This document shows, piece after piece, positions 1 through 9,934 of a stretch of 64,000 nt of DNA. Origin of the DNA: Bdellovibrionales bacterium (GTDB lineage: Bacteria; Bdellovibrionota; Bdellovibrionia; Bdellovibrionales; JAGQZY01); assembly GCA_031426555.1 (NCBI GenBank), contig JANPLN010000025.1, positions 64,001 to 128,000 on the forward strand. The letters are read 5' to 3'. The stretch's first letter is position 1. Each line of letters starts with the position of its first letter. The notes beneath the pieces are model-generated. The model was not told where the DNA came from. It ran no database searches and saw only the letters and a program-made list of their open reading frames with translations. The position numbers were made by a program, and so were the translations under genes.

Positions 1-44
1 ACGGCAATAAAAAAAATATTAAGTACAAACATCATCTTTGCTCC

Positions 45-710
45 TTATTGACCGATGGGAGTGGTGGGCGAACGTGCTGGAGCCGAAGAAGGTGGTGACG
101 ACGTCGGCAGAGTGACTCCGCAACCGGCAAAATCAACGGCTTGCGGCCGCGACGATGAAACTTTAGACGAAAAATCAACAGTGGGGGTGCTGGCCTGTGG
201 TTGGTCAAACCCGACGGAGCGAGTGCCCACCATTTTGGCGGCTCGTATTGTGGCGATGGTTCTCCCCTTGTTGTCGCGGATGCCAACGTTCATGGTCATA
301 ATATCTCCCACCACATTGCAAGTTAGCTGGATGGCGGATTGACCATTCTGCTTCGAAAATAAAGCTGTGGCGCCGGCCGCGCTGTCGCCCATTGCTAACG
401 GCGTTGGATTTTGTTTTTCGTTTTCATCTGCCGCAATAGGCATTACTTTCTTTAGATCGTCATAGCCGTAATTTTTAACAGTTCCATTCAGCGTAGTGGC
501 AGCCCCCCAGGAGTAACCACCGGCCTGCTGTTGGCAGCGCAAAGTATTTACCATTCCATCGGGTGTGACGTACTCAAAGCTTTGCGACGTTAAACTGACG
601 GAATTGAATGGAAATGGTGAATTTTGTAAATTGATTGTTTTGGGAATTTCTAAACAGGCCTCGGCCATGGAAAATCCGCAGAGCAAAAGTAAAATAGCGG
701 CTATCTTCAT
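45..710 (-). CDS. Secreted hypothetical protein with Pro/Ser-rich C-terminus
   Basis: ORF 45..761. Better start is ATG 710 (MKIAAILLLL signal peptide) after a GGAGGTGAGG RBS. Confidence 0.7.
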   Translation of the reverse strand: MKIAAILLLLCGFSMAEACLEIPKTINLQNSPFPFNSVSLTSQSFEYVTPDGMVNTLRCQQQAGGYSWGAATTLNGTVKNYGYDDLKKVMPIAADENEKQNPTPLAMGDSAAGATALFSKQNGQSAIQLTCNVVGDIMTMNVGIRDNKGRTIATIRAAKMVGTRSVGFDQPQASTPTVDFSSKVSSSRPQAVDFAGCGVTLPTSSPPSSAPARSPTTPIGQ

Positions 711-790
711 CCTCACCTCCCCTTGTCTTTTGATTCTTGCGTTCATCACCGAGGTGGTCAAGCCTTGACTCCGTCCCTTTATTTTTTAAT

Positions 791-1378
791 ATGGGCCCCG
801 TGGAAAATCTCTTGCCTCGCGACGGTTCCGTACAGCTCTACGAAAACTTTATTACCACCCACAGGGCAGACCAACTCTTCTCGCAGCTGCTTGTTAACAC
901 ACCCTGGCGCCACGACTCCATTACCCTTTTTGGCAAGCGAGTTTTGCAACCCCGCCACACCTCGTGGCATGGTGATGCCCAAAAAAAATACACCTACTCT
1001 GGCTTAACACTGGATCCCCAGCCGTGGACCGAGGAGTTGCTTTTTTTACGTGATCAGCTTTTAAAGCGCACTGGGTACGAATTTAATTCCGCTCTGCTAA
1101 ATCTCTACAGAGATCAAAAGGACAGCATGGGCTGGCACCGCGACAACGAAAAAGAGCTGGGGCCAGAGCCGGTCATTGCCTCCTTAAGTTTTGGGCAAAG
1201 TCGAACGTTTTTTCTGCGCCACATGCAGGACAAATCCCTTAAAGTGGGGCTGGAACTGCACCACGGCAGTCTCTTGTTGATGTCTAAAACCACGCAGACT
1301 TTTTGGGAACACTCACTTCCCAAGCGAACCCGGCCCCTCGACCCCCGTATTAATATTACATTTCGAGCAATTTTGTGA
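791..1378 (+). CDS. AlkB-family 2-oxoglutarate/Fe(II) dioxygenase (ALKBH2/3-like DNA repair)
   Basis: Motifs FNSALLNLYRD, GWHRD (HxD), WEHS and RINITFR. Start chosen at ATG 791. Confidence 0.9.
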   Translation: MGPVENLLPRDGSVQLYENFITTHRADQLFSQLLVNTPWRHDSITLFGKRVLQPRHTSWHGDAQKKYTYSGLTLDPQPWTEELLFLRDQLLKRTGYEFNSALLNLYRDQKDSMGWHRDNEKELGPEPVIASLSFGQSRTFFLRHMQDKSLKVGLELHHGSLLLMSKTTQTFWEHSLPKRTRPLDPRINITFRAIL

Positions 1379-1437
1379 CCCCCCCTTGCGCCCGCCGAAA
1401 AAGCTAGATATAGAACTTTATCTTTATTGGGGGGCTC

Positions 1438-2304
1438 ATGAAGTTTTCGTTTTTAATCACACTCGGTATCATCAGTGCTTTTTTAACAGCTTGTGGCGGC
1501 GGGGGTGGTGGTGGTTCCGCACCCAAAGGTGGCGAACTGTTTAAGAAAGACATGGAGTGGCTTTCACGTTCAACATTGATGTCGGCAAAGTCCGTTGATG
1601 GACAAATGAATGGCGCTTTAACCAAAGCCTTCGGCGGTTCAGCCAATTCAGATGTAAGCCTGTTTATCGAAGAACGAATAAAATACGTTTACAACGTTTC
1701 AGAAGCCTTAAACTTTAAAGTTCTTTTCTATAGCTCTGGCTCGTTGCTGGGAACAATGACTATGCGCGATCTTATCGGCGGTGAGACTGATCCCGCGAAG
1801 GATTTCACGGCTGGAATGAATATCGGCACAGGCTTAGCCATGGAAGAGTATAACAATGGCTACGACATCAAAGTTCAACTGCCAGAGGGTCTCGTCGAAG
1901 CAGGTTCCTATCGCATGGGCTTAGTTTTCATCACTAAACATTATTCTGTTCAGCTTGGTGATAAGGGCAAACAGTACACGCGACCTACAGAGGGCCGCGT
2001 GAGTATCCTTGTGCACGAAGCTCGCCACTCCGATTGCCCCAACGGACAGGGAAAAGCCGATTGTGGCTTTGGCCATGGTGAATGCACTTCCGGTGACATG
2101 GCAGGACTCCCTGCCTGCGATAATAGTTTATGGGGCCCCTACGCCATGGGTGCTCTTTATTTAAAAGCCACTCAAAACAACCATCCTTACGATTCCACAG
2201 AGTATCGCATCATCGAATTTATGGCTGACGATGCACTGTCGCGTTTGGATACCGCGCAAAAAAATGCTCTCTATAATTCAGATCCAGAATTAGATTCCAT
2301 TTAG
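1438..2304 (+). CDS. Lipoprotein with HExxH zinc-peptidase-like motif
   Basis: Lipobox LTAC, poly-Gly linker, ILVHEARH followed by a Cys/His-rich segment. Confidence 0.7.
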   Translation: MKFSFLITLGIISAFLTACGGGGGGGSAPKGGELFKKDMEWLSRSTLMSAKSVDGQMNGALTKAFGGSANSDVSLFIEERIKYVYNVSEALNFKVLFYSSGSLLGTMTMRDLIGGETDPAKDFTAGMNIGTGLAMEEYNNGYDIKVQLPEGLVEAGSYRMGLVFITKHYSVQLGDKGKQYTRPTEGRVSILVHEARHSDCPNGQGKADCGFGHGECTSGDMAGLPACDNSLWGPYAMGALYLKATQNNHPYDSTEYRIIEFMADDALSRLDTAQKNALYNSDPELDSI

Positions 2305-2305
2305 G

Positions 2306-2842
2306 ATGAAGCAGAAAATATTTTTTTCTATTGTCCTATTAGTTATCCTTGGAGGTGCCTACTACTGGAACACCCCCGACGGGATCAAAAGTGGAGAGCC
2401 TCAGGTGACGAACACGCCACTCCCCCTCTTTACTTCCACCGAAGCGGTGGAAGAAGGAGCGGCAGCGGTCGCAGGGTCACCCGGCGATACGTTGAATGAA
2501 CCTCTGACTCATAAAATAAAAAACTACAAAGTCGGCAAAGGCGCTGAGTATCGCGCCGAACTCGAAAAAAATCCCCATCAAACCCCCGACACTGCGGTTG
2601 TATCGGCGCTAGAACTGGGCGAGATCTTTGACGGTGTTAAAAACGATACCGACGCTGACCAAGCCTTTCAATTTTTTGCCAACTGCGTGAACAACGAGAC
2701 GGTGGTCTCCCTGCAAACATCCTGTTTGCGCTACGCCAAAAGGCTGAGCGAAAACTACTCTTCTCTCCGTGCGCTTTGGCCCAGTCTTGAAGCCTCGGCT
2801 AGCGACGAGGTCAGAGACGTTCTCAAATTTGATCAGCGCTAG
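2306..2842 (+). CDS. Membrane-anchored hypothetical protein
   Basis: N-terminal hydrophobic helix; starts 1 nt after the upstream stop. Confidence 0.7.
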   Translation: MKQKIFFSIVLLVILGGAYYWNTPDGIKSGEPQVTNTPLPLFTSTEAVEEGAAAVAGSPGDTLNEPLTHKIKNYKVGKGAEYRAELEKNPHQTPDTAVVSALELGEIFDGVKNDTDADQAFQFFANCVNNETVVSLQTSCLRYAKRLSENYSSLRALWPSLEASASDEVRDVLKFDQR

Positions 2843-2921
2843 GGTGCATCCCTCATATTAAAAATTGTATCATCAAAACTCGACTTCATTTGGAGCACTG
2901 TCTGTCCGATAGTGAGACGGT

Positions 2922-2948
2922 TTAACTTTTAAAAATAGTCACCGATAA
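2922..2948 (+). promoter_or_regulatory. Putative FliA (sigma28) promoter
   Basis: TTAACTTT-N11-ACCGATAA versus consensus TAAAGTTT-N11-GCCGATAA, just upstream of the lipoprotein/fibre operon. Confidence 0.5.
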
Positions 2949-2980
2949 GACTTAGATCGTGTTTCATGGAGGACATAGAA

Positions 2981-3670
2981 GTGGTAAGGCTGCTAACGTT
3001 AGGCATTCTTTTTTCGGTATTGAGCAGTGCCTGCACCCGTGCAGGTCAAGATAGCTCAAACTCCACGCTACGAATACAAACTCCCACCCGCGATCAACTT
3101 TTTAAATCCGGTGTGAATTCCTTCGCTGCACTTCCCACAGACCGACGCCTTTGTTACGGCGTCAGCATCAACGGCCCCGGCATTACGGGCTTTACAGGCT
3201 CGCAGTGCGCTCCTGCCACCGGCACGGTCAGTGGCTTTGTTGAAGAGGGTCAGGCGTTAGAAATTTTTGTCGCTCGCGGCGAAAACCGCAACATCGAACT
3301 CTATATGTACACCATGCCCGTAGGCAGCACAGCGCCTTGCCCGATCATGGGTGCCAACATGCAAGGGACTGGTTTAAAATCCACCTACTTGGTTGGTTCA
3401 AAAACCGGCGTGGCACTATTAAATGATATTGAAACCGTCGAAATCACCTTGGCGTTTCCAGGGCTCAGTACGTCGGTGGCCACGCAACTCAATACGCCGA
3501 TCTCTTGTACTCCCGGTGCGGCACCCGCACCCTTTAGCGGATTTCATGTTTCTTCGGGCGCAGGAACGGTGAATGGAACAGGAATTAAGTTACTCGGTCG
3601 AATCGGTCGTCCACAGTCCGGTACAACAGCGACAGGAACAGGTTTAATTTTGCACGGAAAGATTAAATAA
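2981..3670 (+). CDS. Lipoprotein, partner of the downstream fibre adhesin
   Basis: GGAGG RBS then GTG 2981 (alternative ATG 2966); lipobox SSAC; 12 nt gap to the next gene. Confidence 0.7.
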   Translation: MVRLLTLGILFSVLSSACTRAGQDSSNSTLRIQTPTRDQLFKSGVNSFAALPTDRRLCYGVSINGPGITGFTGSQCAPATGTVSGFVEEGQALEIFVARGENRNIELYMYTMPVGSTAPCPIMGANMQGTGLKSTYLVGSKTGVALLNDIETVEITLAFPGLSTSVATQLNTPISCTPGAAPAPFSGFHVSSGAGTVNGTGIKLLGRIGRPQSGTTATGTGLILHGKIK

Positions 3671-3682
3671 GAGGAAATTAAA

Positions 3683-5965
3683 ATGAAAAAAATATGTTTT
3701 TTATTTGCGACGGCGTCTTTGCTTCCGCTGCACCTCTTTGCTCAAGCCGTTCCACTTCCTCAAGTGCTCAACTTTGACGGGCAACTCATCAACAGTGCAA
3801 CAAACACTCCGATCACAACAACAGTCCCCGTGGAGTTCGAAATTTTCGATGGCAGCGGTACGCCCTATTGTCTGTTGTACAAAGAAACCCAATCCGTCAC
3901 ACCCAACGCCGACGGCGAGTTTAGTGTAAAAATTGGCCCCGGCACGGGGAACACGAGTCCTGCCGACGACGGCGATATCTTATGGCCCGCTATTTTTAGC
4001 AACAACGGACAAGTTCGCGCCCACAACACAACGTTTTGTAACACTGGCTACACGCCAGCGGCTGGGCACGCCCGCAAGCTACGTGTCACTGTCAACGGAG
4101 TCACACTCACACCCGACTACACCATTGCGCCAGTTCCCATGGCAACTGTCGCAGAAACTTTACAGGGCAAAGTGGCCAACGATTTTTTATTATCGGCTCC
4201 CGCGTCTAACACCTCCGTGCTCTCTGGTAATTTGCGTTTGAATAGTAATTTTGGCCTGCAACTTATGAATACTTCCTCGACCAATTTTGTAACACTTCAA
4301 TCCCCTGGTGGATTAACTGCAGACTACTCCCTTGTCTTACCAATGAACGATGGCAACAACGGCGAAGTTTTATCTACTGATGGCAACGGAATTCTCAGTT
4401 GGATCGTGCCCAGCGGCGGCGGAGCTGTCGCCTCTGTTTTTGGTCGCACTGGTACTGTAGTTTCTGCGAGCGGCGACTACACAGCCACGCAAATTACGAA
4501 CACTGCGGCAGGCAATATCGCAGCCGTCACCGTACAAGCCGCCATCAACGAATTGGACAACGAAAAGCTTTCGGCTGCATCTGGCGTTATTTCCAGCGCG
4601 ATGATTGCCACGAGTGCTGTGACCTCGTCACATATTGCCGCCAACACGATCACGAGTGCAGACATCAGCGATGTGAGCATTTCGCAAATCATTAACGGAA
4701 CAGGCCTCTATTTTGGCTATCGACCTAATAACTTGGCCTGCGCCGACGGCGAGATCCTAAAGTGGGATAACACAAACACGCGCTGGATCTGTGCCAGCCC
4801 TTTTGCACTCCCGACGCATGCTGGAAATGCAGGACGCCTTCTAAAAACAGACGGAACTTCCGCTGCGTGGTCGACAAATTTCATTGAAGATGGGTCTGGC
4901 AATATCGGGATTGGAACTGCGGCTCCCGCAACTTTACTCCACATCGTTGCCCCTGTGGCGACTCAGACAATTGAAAGTACAAGCACGTCTCAACCAGGAC
5001 GCTTAATGATTAGCAGTCCTAAGAACAGCGCGAATTTATCGGTGGGTGATATTGTTTTTCAAAATACATCGAATGGAAACTCTTTTGCATCCATCAAGGG
5101 ACTCACTGATACTACCGGGATTGCCAACGGGGCCCTCGTTTTTTCTACGGGCACAACCAGTCCTACGGAAAAAGTACGAATCAACACCGCAGGCTCTATG
5201 GGCATTGGAATCCCTGCGCCAGACACTAGGCTCGATGTCAATGGAACGATCACGTCTCGTCCCCACGGAGTTGCGGCGGGCGAAAGCGGTCGAATCCTCA
5301 TGCGTGAACTTGCGGCCAATGGCATAAACTTCGCGGGAATTCGTGCTCCTGATTCAATATCTGCCGACTACGTTTTAACTTTGCCTACTTCCGCTGGAAT
5401 TACAGGACAGGTGCTACAAACTGATGGCACAGGCGTCTTAAGCTGGATCACTCCGACGTTCCTACCTCCCGTCGACTCCCTAGATTTCATGCATTTTTCA
5501 GACACCATGACCCTGGATGCAAGCACAGATATCGCCGCTTCAGGAACCAACGCCCTTTCAGTCACTAATACTGGGACTGGTGTTTCTTTCAAAGTGAATG
5601 ATGGCGCTGCCGACACATCACCGTTTGTTATCGACGCGAACGGCAACGTTGGCGTCGGTACTGTAGCACCCAATGCAAAATTGGATGTTGCAGGCACTGT
5701 AAAGCTGGGCATTGACGGAACCGCATTCCAGGCAAGCGGAGTGTGCGTAATCACCTCCACGAGTTATTCGCCCGGAAGCGAGCAAACACAAAGTTGTCCG
5801 GGGATACCCGCCGCGACGACGAACGTTGCTGTACATTGTAGTCCGTCTCCGGCTGTTCTTGGATATATCACTGCCCGCGCGACGGGGTCTTTAAATACAA
5901 TTGGTATCACCGTCGGAATCACGGCAACATCGACTACCATGACTTGCATGTGGATGGTACCGTAA
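3683..5965 (+). CDS. Phage-tail-fibre-like mosaic adhesive trimer (MAT)-type surface protein
   Basis: Signal peptide; VASVFGRTG fibre motif; three GNxGIG-like repeats; duplicated ADYxLxLP...GxVLxTDGxGxLSWI modules; no S74 chaperone at the C-terminus. Confidence 0.8.
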   Translation: MKKICFLFATASLLPLHLFAQAVPLPQVLNFDGQLINSATNTPITTTVPVEFEIFDGSGTPYCLLYKETQSVTPNADGEFSVKIGPGTGNTSPADDGDILWPAIFSNNGQVRAHNTTFCNTGYTPAAGHARKLRVTVNGVTLTPDYTIAPVPMATVAETLQGKVANDFLLSAPASNTSVLSGNLRLNSNFGLQLMNTSSTNFVTLQSPGGLTADYSLVLPMNDGNNGEVLSTDGNGILSWIVPSGGGAVASVFGRTGTVVSASGDYTATQITNTAAGNIAAVTVQAAINELDNEKLSAASGVISSAMIATSAVTSSHIAANTITSADISDVSISQIINGTGLYFGYRPNNLACADGEILKWDNTNTRWICASPFALPTHAGNAGRLLKTDGTSAAWSTNFIEDGSGNIGIGTAAPATLLHIVAPVATQTIESTSTSQPGRLMISSPKNSANLSVGDIVFQNTSNGNSFASIKGLTDTTGIANGALVFSTGTTSPTEKVRINTAGSMGIGIPAPDTRLDVNGTITSRPHGVAAGESGRILMRELAANGINFAGIRAPDSISADYVLTLPTSAGITGQVLQTDGTGVLSWITPTFLPPVDSLDFMHFSDTMTLDASTDIAASGTNALSVTNTGTGVSFKVNDGAADTSPFVIDANGNVGVGTVAPNAKLDVAGTVKLGIDGTAFQASGVCVITSTSYSPGSEQTQSCPGIPAATTNVAVHCSPSPAVLGYITARATGSLNTIGITVGITATSTTMTCMWMVP

Positions 5966-5984
5966 ATGAGACGCGCTCTGAAAA

Positions 5985-6359
5985 CTACGGCGCAACCGCA
6001 GTGATCCAATCGGAAATAATTTGCAGCTCTGAGGCATCCAGCGCCGGTTGATTGTCTGGCATGTCTTTAGCTCCGCAGGAGCCTGTGCTTCCTTGCAAGC
6101 GACAAAAAACTTTTGAAGTATCTGGGCTGCCTGCAATGACTAAGCCTTCAGCGACAAATTGCGCTTCGGTTTTTGATGAAAAATCACTGTGGCAGCCTCC
6201 GCCAGCGCAACTTCCTACGAACAACGTTTTTGCGGCGATAAATTCGGCCGAGTCACCGGGATTTACTGTGAGACCACCGGCATCACCGGAGCTTGAATCT
6301 TGATTTTCAAAGCAACCAGTAAGCAAAATTAAAAAAATAAAAAAAATGACGTGCTTCAT
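5985..6359 (-). CDS. Small lipoprotein c-type cytochrome (planctomycete cytochrome c-like, CX4CH)
   Basis: Lipobox LTGC, CAGGGCH, VIAGSPDTS, distal MP, and IISDWI ending. Confidence 0.7.
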   Translation of the reverse strand: MKHVIFFIFLILLTGCFENQDSSSGDAGGLTVNPGDSAEFIAAKTLFVGSCAGGGCHSDFSSKTEAQFVAEGLVIAGSPDTSKVFCRLQGSTGSCGAKDMPDNQPALDASELQIISDWITAVAP

Positions 6360-6364
6360 TTTAT

Positions 6365-6841
6365 TTACCCCTTGGTCGGAAGCTCGATGGAAACTATCAC
6401 TTCGTCTTTGGCTCCCACGCCCATGTAACGAACATCGTTGATTCCTAAATCAGACATTTTCATTTTGAATTGTGCCTTCAATTTGCCGTCTTTGACTTCG
6501 TAGGTGCCAGTCACGTTGTGTTTTTGACCTTTGATTTCCAACGTGGCGGTTCCCTTTCCGCCTTTGCCTTCGGCCTTGATCAGTTTTGCCATGGGAAATT
6601 TTTCTACATTAAGGCGCTCTTTTAAGTGCTTGTCGCGCAAACCGATACCCGTGGTGAGAGATTTTAAATCGATGAGCACACCTTCGGCGCTGGCTTGACC
6701 GCCAGACACTTGCGCTGCACCTTTGATTTTTTTGGTGGTCGCTTGAAAACTTCCCGCTGGGCTTAATTTAACGTCGATCTCTAAACTCTGGGCAAAAACT
6801 GGATGTGCGCAAAAAAGCATGGCCATCAACATGAATCTCAT
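6365..6841 (-). CDS. YceI-family lipid/polyisoprenoid-binding protein
   Basis: LKSLTTGIGLRDKHL motif; signal peptide; GAGGAG RBS before ATG 6841. Confidence 0.85.
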   Translation of the reverse strand: MRFMLMAMLFCAHPVFAQSLEIDVKLSPAGSFQATTKKIKGAAQVSGGQASAEGVLIDLKSLTTGIGLRDKHLKERLNVEKFPMAKLIKAEGKGGKGTATLEIKGQKHNVTGTYEVKDGKLKAQFKMKMSDLGINDVRYMGVGAKDEVIVSIELPTKG

Positions 6842-6924
6842 AAATCTCTCCTCGTTTATTGAGAACAAGCCGTTATCTGACATTTGCTTGCTTCATCTAT
6901 TTATACTAGCTACAATCTTTCGAA

Positions 6925-8088
6925 ATGACACGTATTTGTCTCATCTTAGGACTAGTCATCACGATCTTCGCTATTCACCCGTCGGCGAATGCGTATCCGC
7001 AATTTATTGGCTATAAATATAGCTCGTGCCTCACCTGTCATTATAATGGAAATGGCGGGGGCGCACTTAACGACTATGGTCGAGCTTTATGGTCTGCTGA
7101 AATCGCCGGCAAACTCTTTAATGGTAAAACTTCCGATGAAAAATTAGCGGAGTCTTCGGGATTTTTGGGCAGCACAAAATTGCCGTGGTGGATTCGCCCG
7201 GGAATAAAAGCCCGACAGCTCTATTACATATCAGATATGTCTTCAGACAACGAGCGCACCGACAGTATAACGATGCAAGCAGAGGCCAACGTCGCCATCT
7301 TTTTTGATCGCGATCAAAAATACGCCTTTGTCGGCTCCATCGGTTATGTTCCCGAACCTCTTCGCGCCTCTGCCAATACCGAGTTTGATACAATGATTAC
7401 TCGGGAGCATTACCTCCGCGTGCAAACCACGGAAGCACTCTGGTTATACATCGGCAAAACGGACAAGGTTTACGGCATTCGTCATGTCAATCACACTGCG
7501 TACAGTCGCGCCTTTGTGGGCCTTGCACAAAACGATCAAACCCACGGAGTTATCGCTCACTATGTGAAACCCGAATGGGAATGGAGCGTGCATGCCTTCG
7601 CCGGAAACATGTCGCAGGATTCCGATCGCCGACAAGTGGGGGCATCGACGATGTACGAGTACGAACTCAAACCTGCGTGGCGTCTTGGCGTGTCGGCTCT
7701 GAACTCCACCAATGATTACGTGGCCAATCAGCGCTTTGCCGCGCACTCACGTTACGGCTTTGGCTACGGCTCCGCAATTCTATTTGAAATTGGAAATATT
7801 AAAAACACGCCCGAACGCGGTGCTGGCACCAACGGATACTATGTCTACTCCGAGGCCATCCAAAAAATGGCCCGTGGTTATCATGTGTTTGTGTCGGGGC
7901 AAGCTTACAAAGAAGACATGGTGGCGGAAGAAGCCGACAACTTTAAACTGGCCGTGGGTATGTTGATATTTCCCATGGCGCGCACGGAATTTCGTTTTGA
8001 TCTTGAAAACGTAAGATCAGTCAATCCCGGCGCTGCTGTGGACAACGACTCCTGGAATTTTATGCTACAGGCCCATATTTCTCTTTAG
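6925..8088 (+). CDS. Outer-membrane beta-barrel protein with N-terminal CxxCH heme-binding motif
   Basis: Signal peptide, SCLTCH, GGGALNDYGR, amphipathic beta strands, C-terminal LQAHISL. Confidence 0.7.
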   Translation: MTRICLILGLVITIFAIHPSANAYPQFIGYKYSSCLTCHYNGNGGGALNDYGRALWSAEIAGKLFNGKTSDEKLAESSGFLGSTKLPWWIRPGIKARQLYYISDMSSDNERTDSITMQAEANVAIFFDRDQKYAFVGSIGYVPEPLRASANTEFDTMITREHYLRVQTTEALWLYIGKTDKVYGIRHVNHTAYSRAFVGLAQNDQTHGVIAHYVKPEWEWSVHAFAGNMSQDSDRRQVGASTMYEYELKPAWRLGVSALNSTNDYVANQRFAAHSRYGFGYGSAILFEIGNIKNTPERGAGTNGYYVYSEAIQKMARGYHVFVSGQAYKEDMVAEEADNFKLAVGMLIFPMARTEFRFDLENVRSVNPGAAVDNDSWNFMLQAHISL

Positions 8089-8096
8089 AGGTTCGA

Positions 8097-8750
8097 ATGA
8101 AAAATGTGTTAGTGCTCAGTATTCTATTGCTCTCCAGCGGATCAGTTTGGGCCCAAGCCACTCAAAGCAAATCGAATCAAGTTAAAACCAAACACTCCAA
8201 AGCTAAAAGTAGCAAATCAAAAACCTTACTTAAAAAAAGTTATTACGACGTGTCTGTTCAGTACTTAGTATGGAACGAACTCATCGAAGCCTCCGGACCG
8301 GGTATCACTGGCGATGGCCGCTTTCAGTTTGCAGGCTATCAGTTTGGGTTAACGCACAACAGACCCTTTAGCGGCATTCGTTGGGTGCGCCAATACGCCT
8401 CCTATCTCACCATTGGAACCGCAAAAGGCGCTGGAATTTCGGGAACTTTTACCGATGAGTTTAAAAACCAACTTTGGGCCGCGCTTTCAGTTTCGGCCGG
8501 CATCACCTATCGCACCACTGCCGTTTCCGAATTGAGTCTGTTTGCTCCCATCTCCGCACGATTTATTAGCTGGGAGCTGGCAAGCAACGCCGCCATCGAG
8601 CTCGACAAAGAAACTTCGTTTTCGGCGGGCCTTGGATTTCAATTTACGCATAGGTTTTCCACACGCTCGGCGATGATGGTTTCTGTGGCCCATCAATTTT
8701 TGTGGGAAGCCACACAGTGGTCCATCGGCTACCAGTATTCCCTGCGCTAG
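8097..8750 (+). CDS. Small outer-membrane beta-barrel protein
   Basis: Signal peptide; alternating aromatic strands; ends WSIGYQYSLR. Confidence 0.65.
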   Translation: MKNVLVLSILLLSSGSVWAQATQSKSNQVKTKHSKAKSSKSKTLLKKSYYDVSVQYLVWNELIEASGPGITGDGRFQFAGYQFGLTHNRPFSGIRWVRQYASYLTIGTAKGAGISGTFTDEFKNQLWAALSVSAGITYRTTAVSELSLFAPISARFISWELASNAAIELDKETSFSAGLGFQFTHRFSTRSAMMVSVAHQFLWEATQWSIGYQYSLR

Positions 8751-8843
8751 GATTGTCACTCCGCTTCAGTGCCCCCTGAACTTCGCTTGCTAGGACCCCT
8801 TTTCATGCTATGCTCAGGCCGTCCATTTTCTAAGGGGGGTTTT

Positions 8844-9932
8844 ATGAAATGGTTCTTCGCAACAATCGCAACATTCTGTTTATTTTCCGCAAACGCACAG
8901 GGGCCCACACCTCACGGTTTCTCTGACGAGCAACTGGAGTCCATGGCTCTGCAAAATTTGGCGCTGGCACAGCAGGAGCGCTCACTGGGCGTCACGCGCG
9001 CCACAAGTTTGGTGTTGCCGTTTGCCGAGTATCAAACAACTGGCTTTGTCGTATTCAGCGACGACGACTATTACGGAATGGCTGAAGAGATCAAATCCAC
9101 CATTGCCAAAAATTTACCTGCTAATACGATGCTTCTCATTTACACAGACTCTACGAGCAAAAGTTATCAAACACAGTTGTTTAACCAATATTCTAAATAT
9201 ATCGCTGGCGATCGCTTAAAAATTCTTCAGGTTCCGGCCACAGGCTCCAATAATTTTTGGACCCGCGACAACTTGCCACTGCCTGTTTGGGACAACACTC
9301 AGTTTGCCCTGGTGGATGCGCGCTATTATTACAACTTCGAACCCGATGTGTTTTTTAAAAATCTTTTCGGCGTCAGCATGACCGCTCATAAGTATATTTA
9401 CGAAGGTGGAAATTTTATCGCCAACTCCCTGGGAAATTGCATTGTGGTGAACCGTAAAAAATCCTATCCAGGTGGCGTTTCGGATACGGCAGCCATTCCC
9501 GATGATATTTTTAAATCTCTTTATGGCTGTAAAACGTTAACGCGCCTAAAGCATCTTAAAGGTATTGGTCATGCCGATGAGGTGGTTAAATTTATGTCGG
9601 ACACCCTTATCTTCACCGACACTCCCGAGTACGTCACACAACTCAAAAATGCCGGTTTTGACGTGGTGATGCTGCCAGAGCCAGAACTCGACTACGAAAC
9701 GTATATTAACTCTTTACAAGTGAACGACACGATTTTTGTTCCAACCTTTGGCGAATCAGGAGATCAAACAGCCGTTGCAGCCTACAAACAGCTGGGGCTT
9801 AAAGTGATCCCCATTCCCACTCGCGAATTGGCGACTGGTGGACAAGGTGGAATTCATTGCATCACCATGAACTACCCGCCCTCGGCCCTTGCATCCATCG
9901 TGAGCCGCATGGGAGCGCAGATCGTAAAATAA
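8844..9932 (+). CDS. Agmatine/peptidylarginine deiminase family protein with signal peptide
   Basis: Motifs WTRD, EGGN, GHAD, YIN and catalytic GGIHCIT; start MKWFF after a GGGGG RBS. Confidence 0.85.
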   Translation: MKWFFATIATFCLFSANAQGPTPHGFSDEQLESMALQNLALAQQERSLGVTRATSLVLPFAEYQTTGFVVFSDDDYYGMAEEIKSTIAKNLPANTMLLIYTDSTSKSYQTQLFNQYSKYIAGDRLKILQVPATGSNNFWTRDNLPLPVWDNTQFALVDARYYYNFEPDVFFKNLFGVSMTAHKYIYEGGNFIANSLGNCIVVNRKKSYPGGVSDTAAIPDDIFKSLYGCKTLTRLKHLKGIGHADEVVKFMSDTLIFTDTPEYVTQLKNAGFDVVMLPEPELDYETYINSLQVNDTIFVPTFGESGDQTAVAAYKQLGLKVIPIPTRELATGGQGGIHCITMNYPPSALASIVSRMGAQIVK

Positions 9933-9934
9933 AA

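Noticed and set aside
3683..5965. Prophage
   Set aside because: The fibre has a signal peptide and no other phage genes are nearby.
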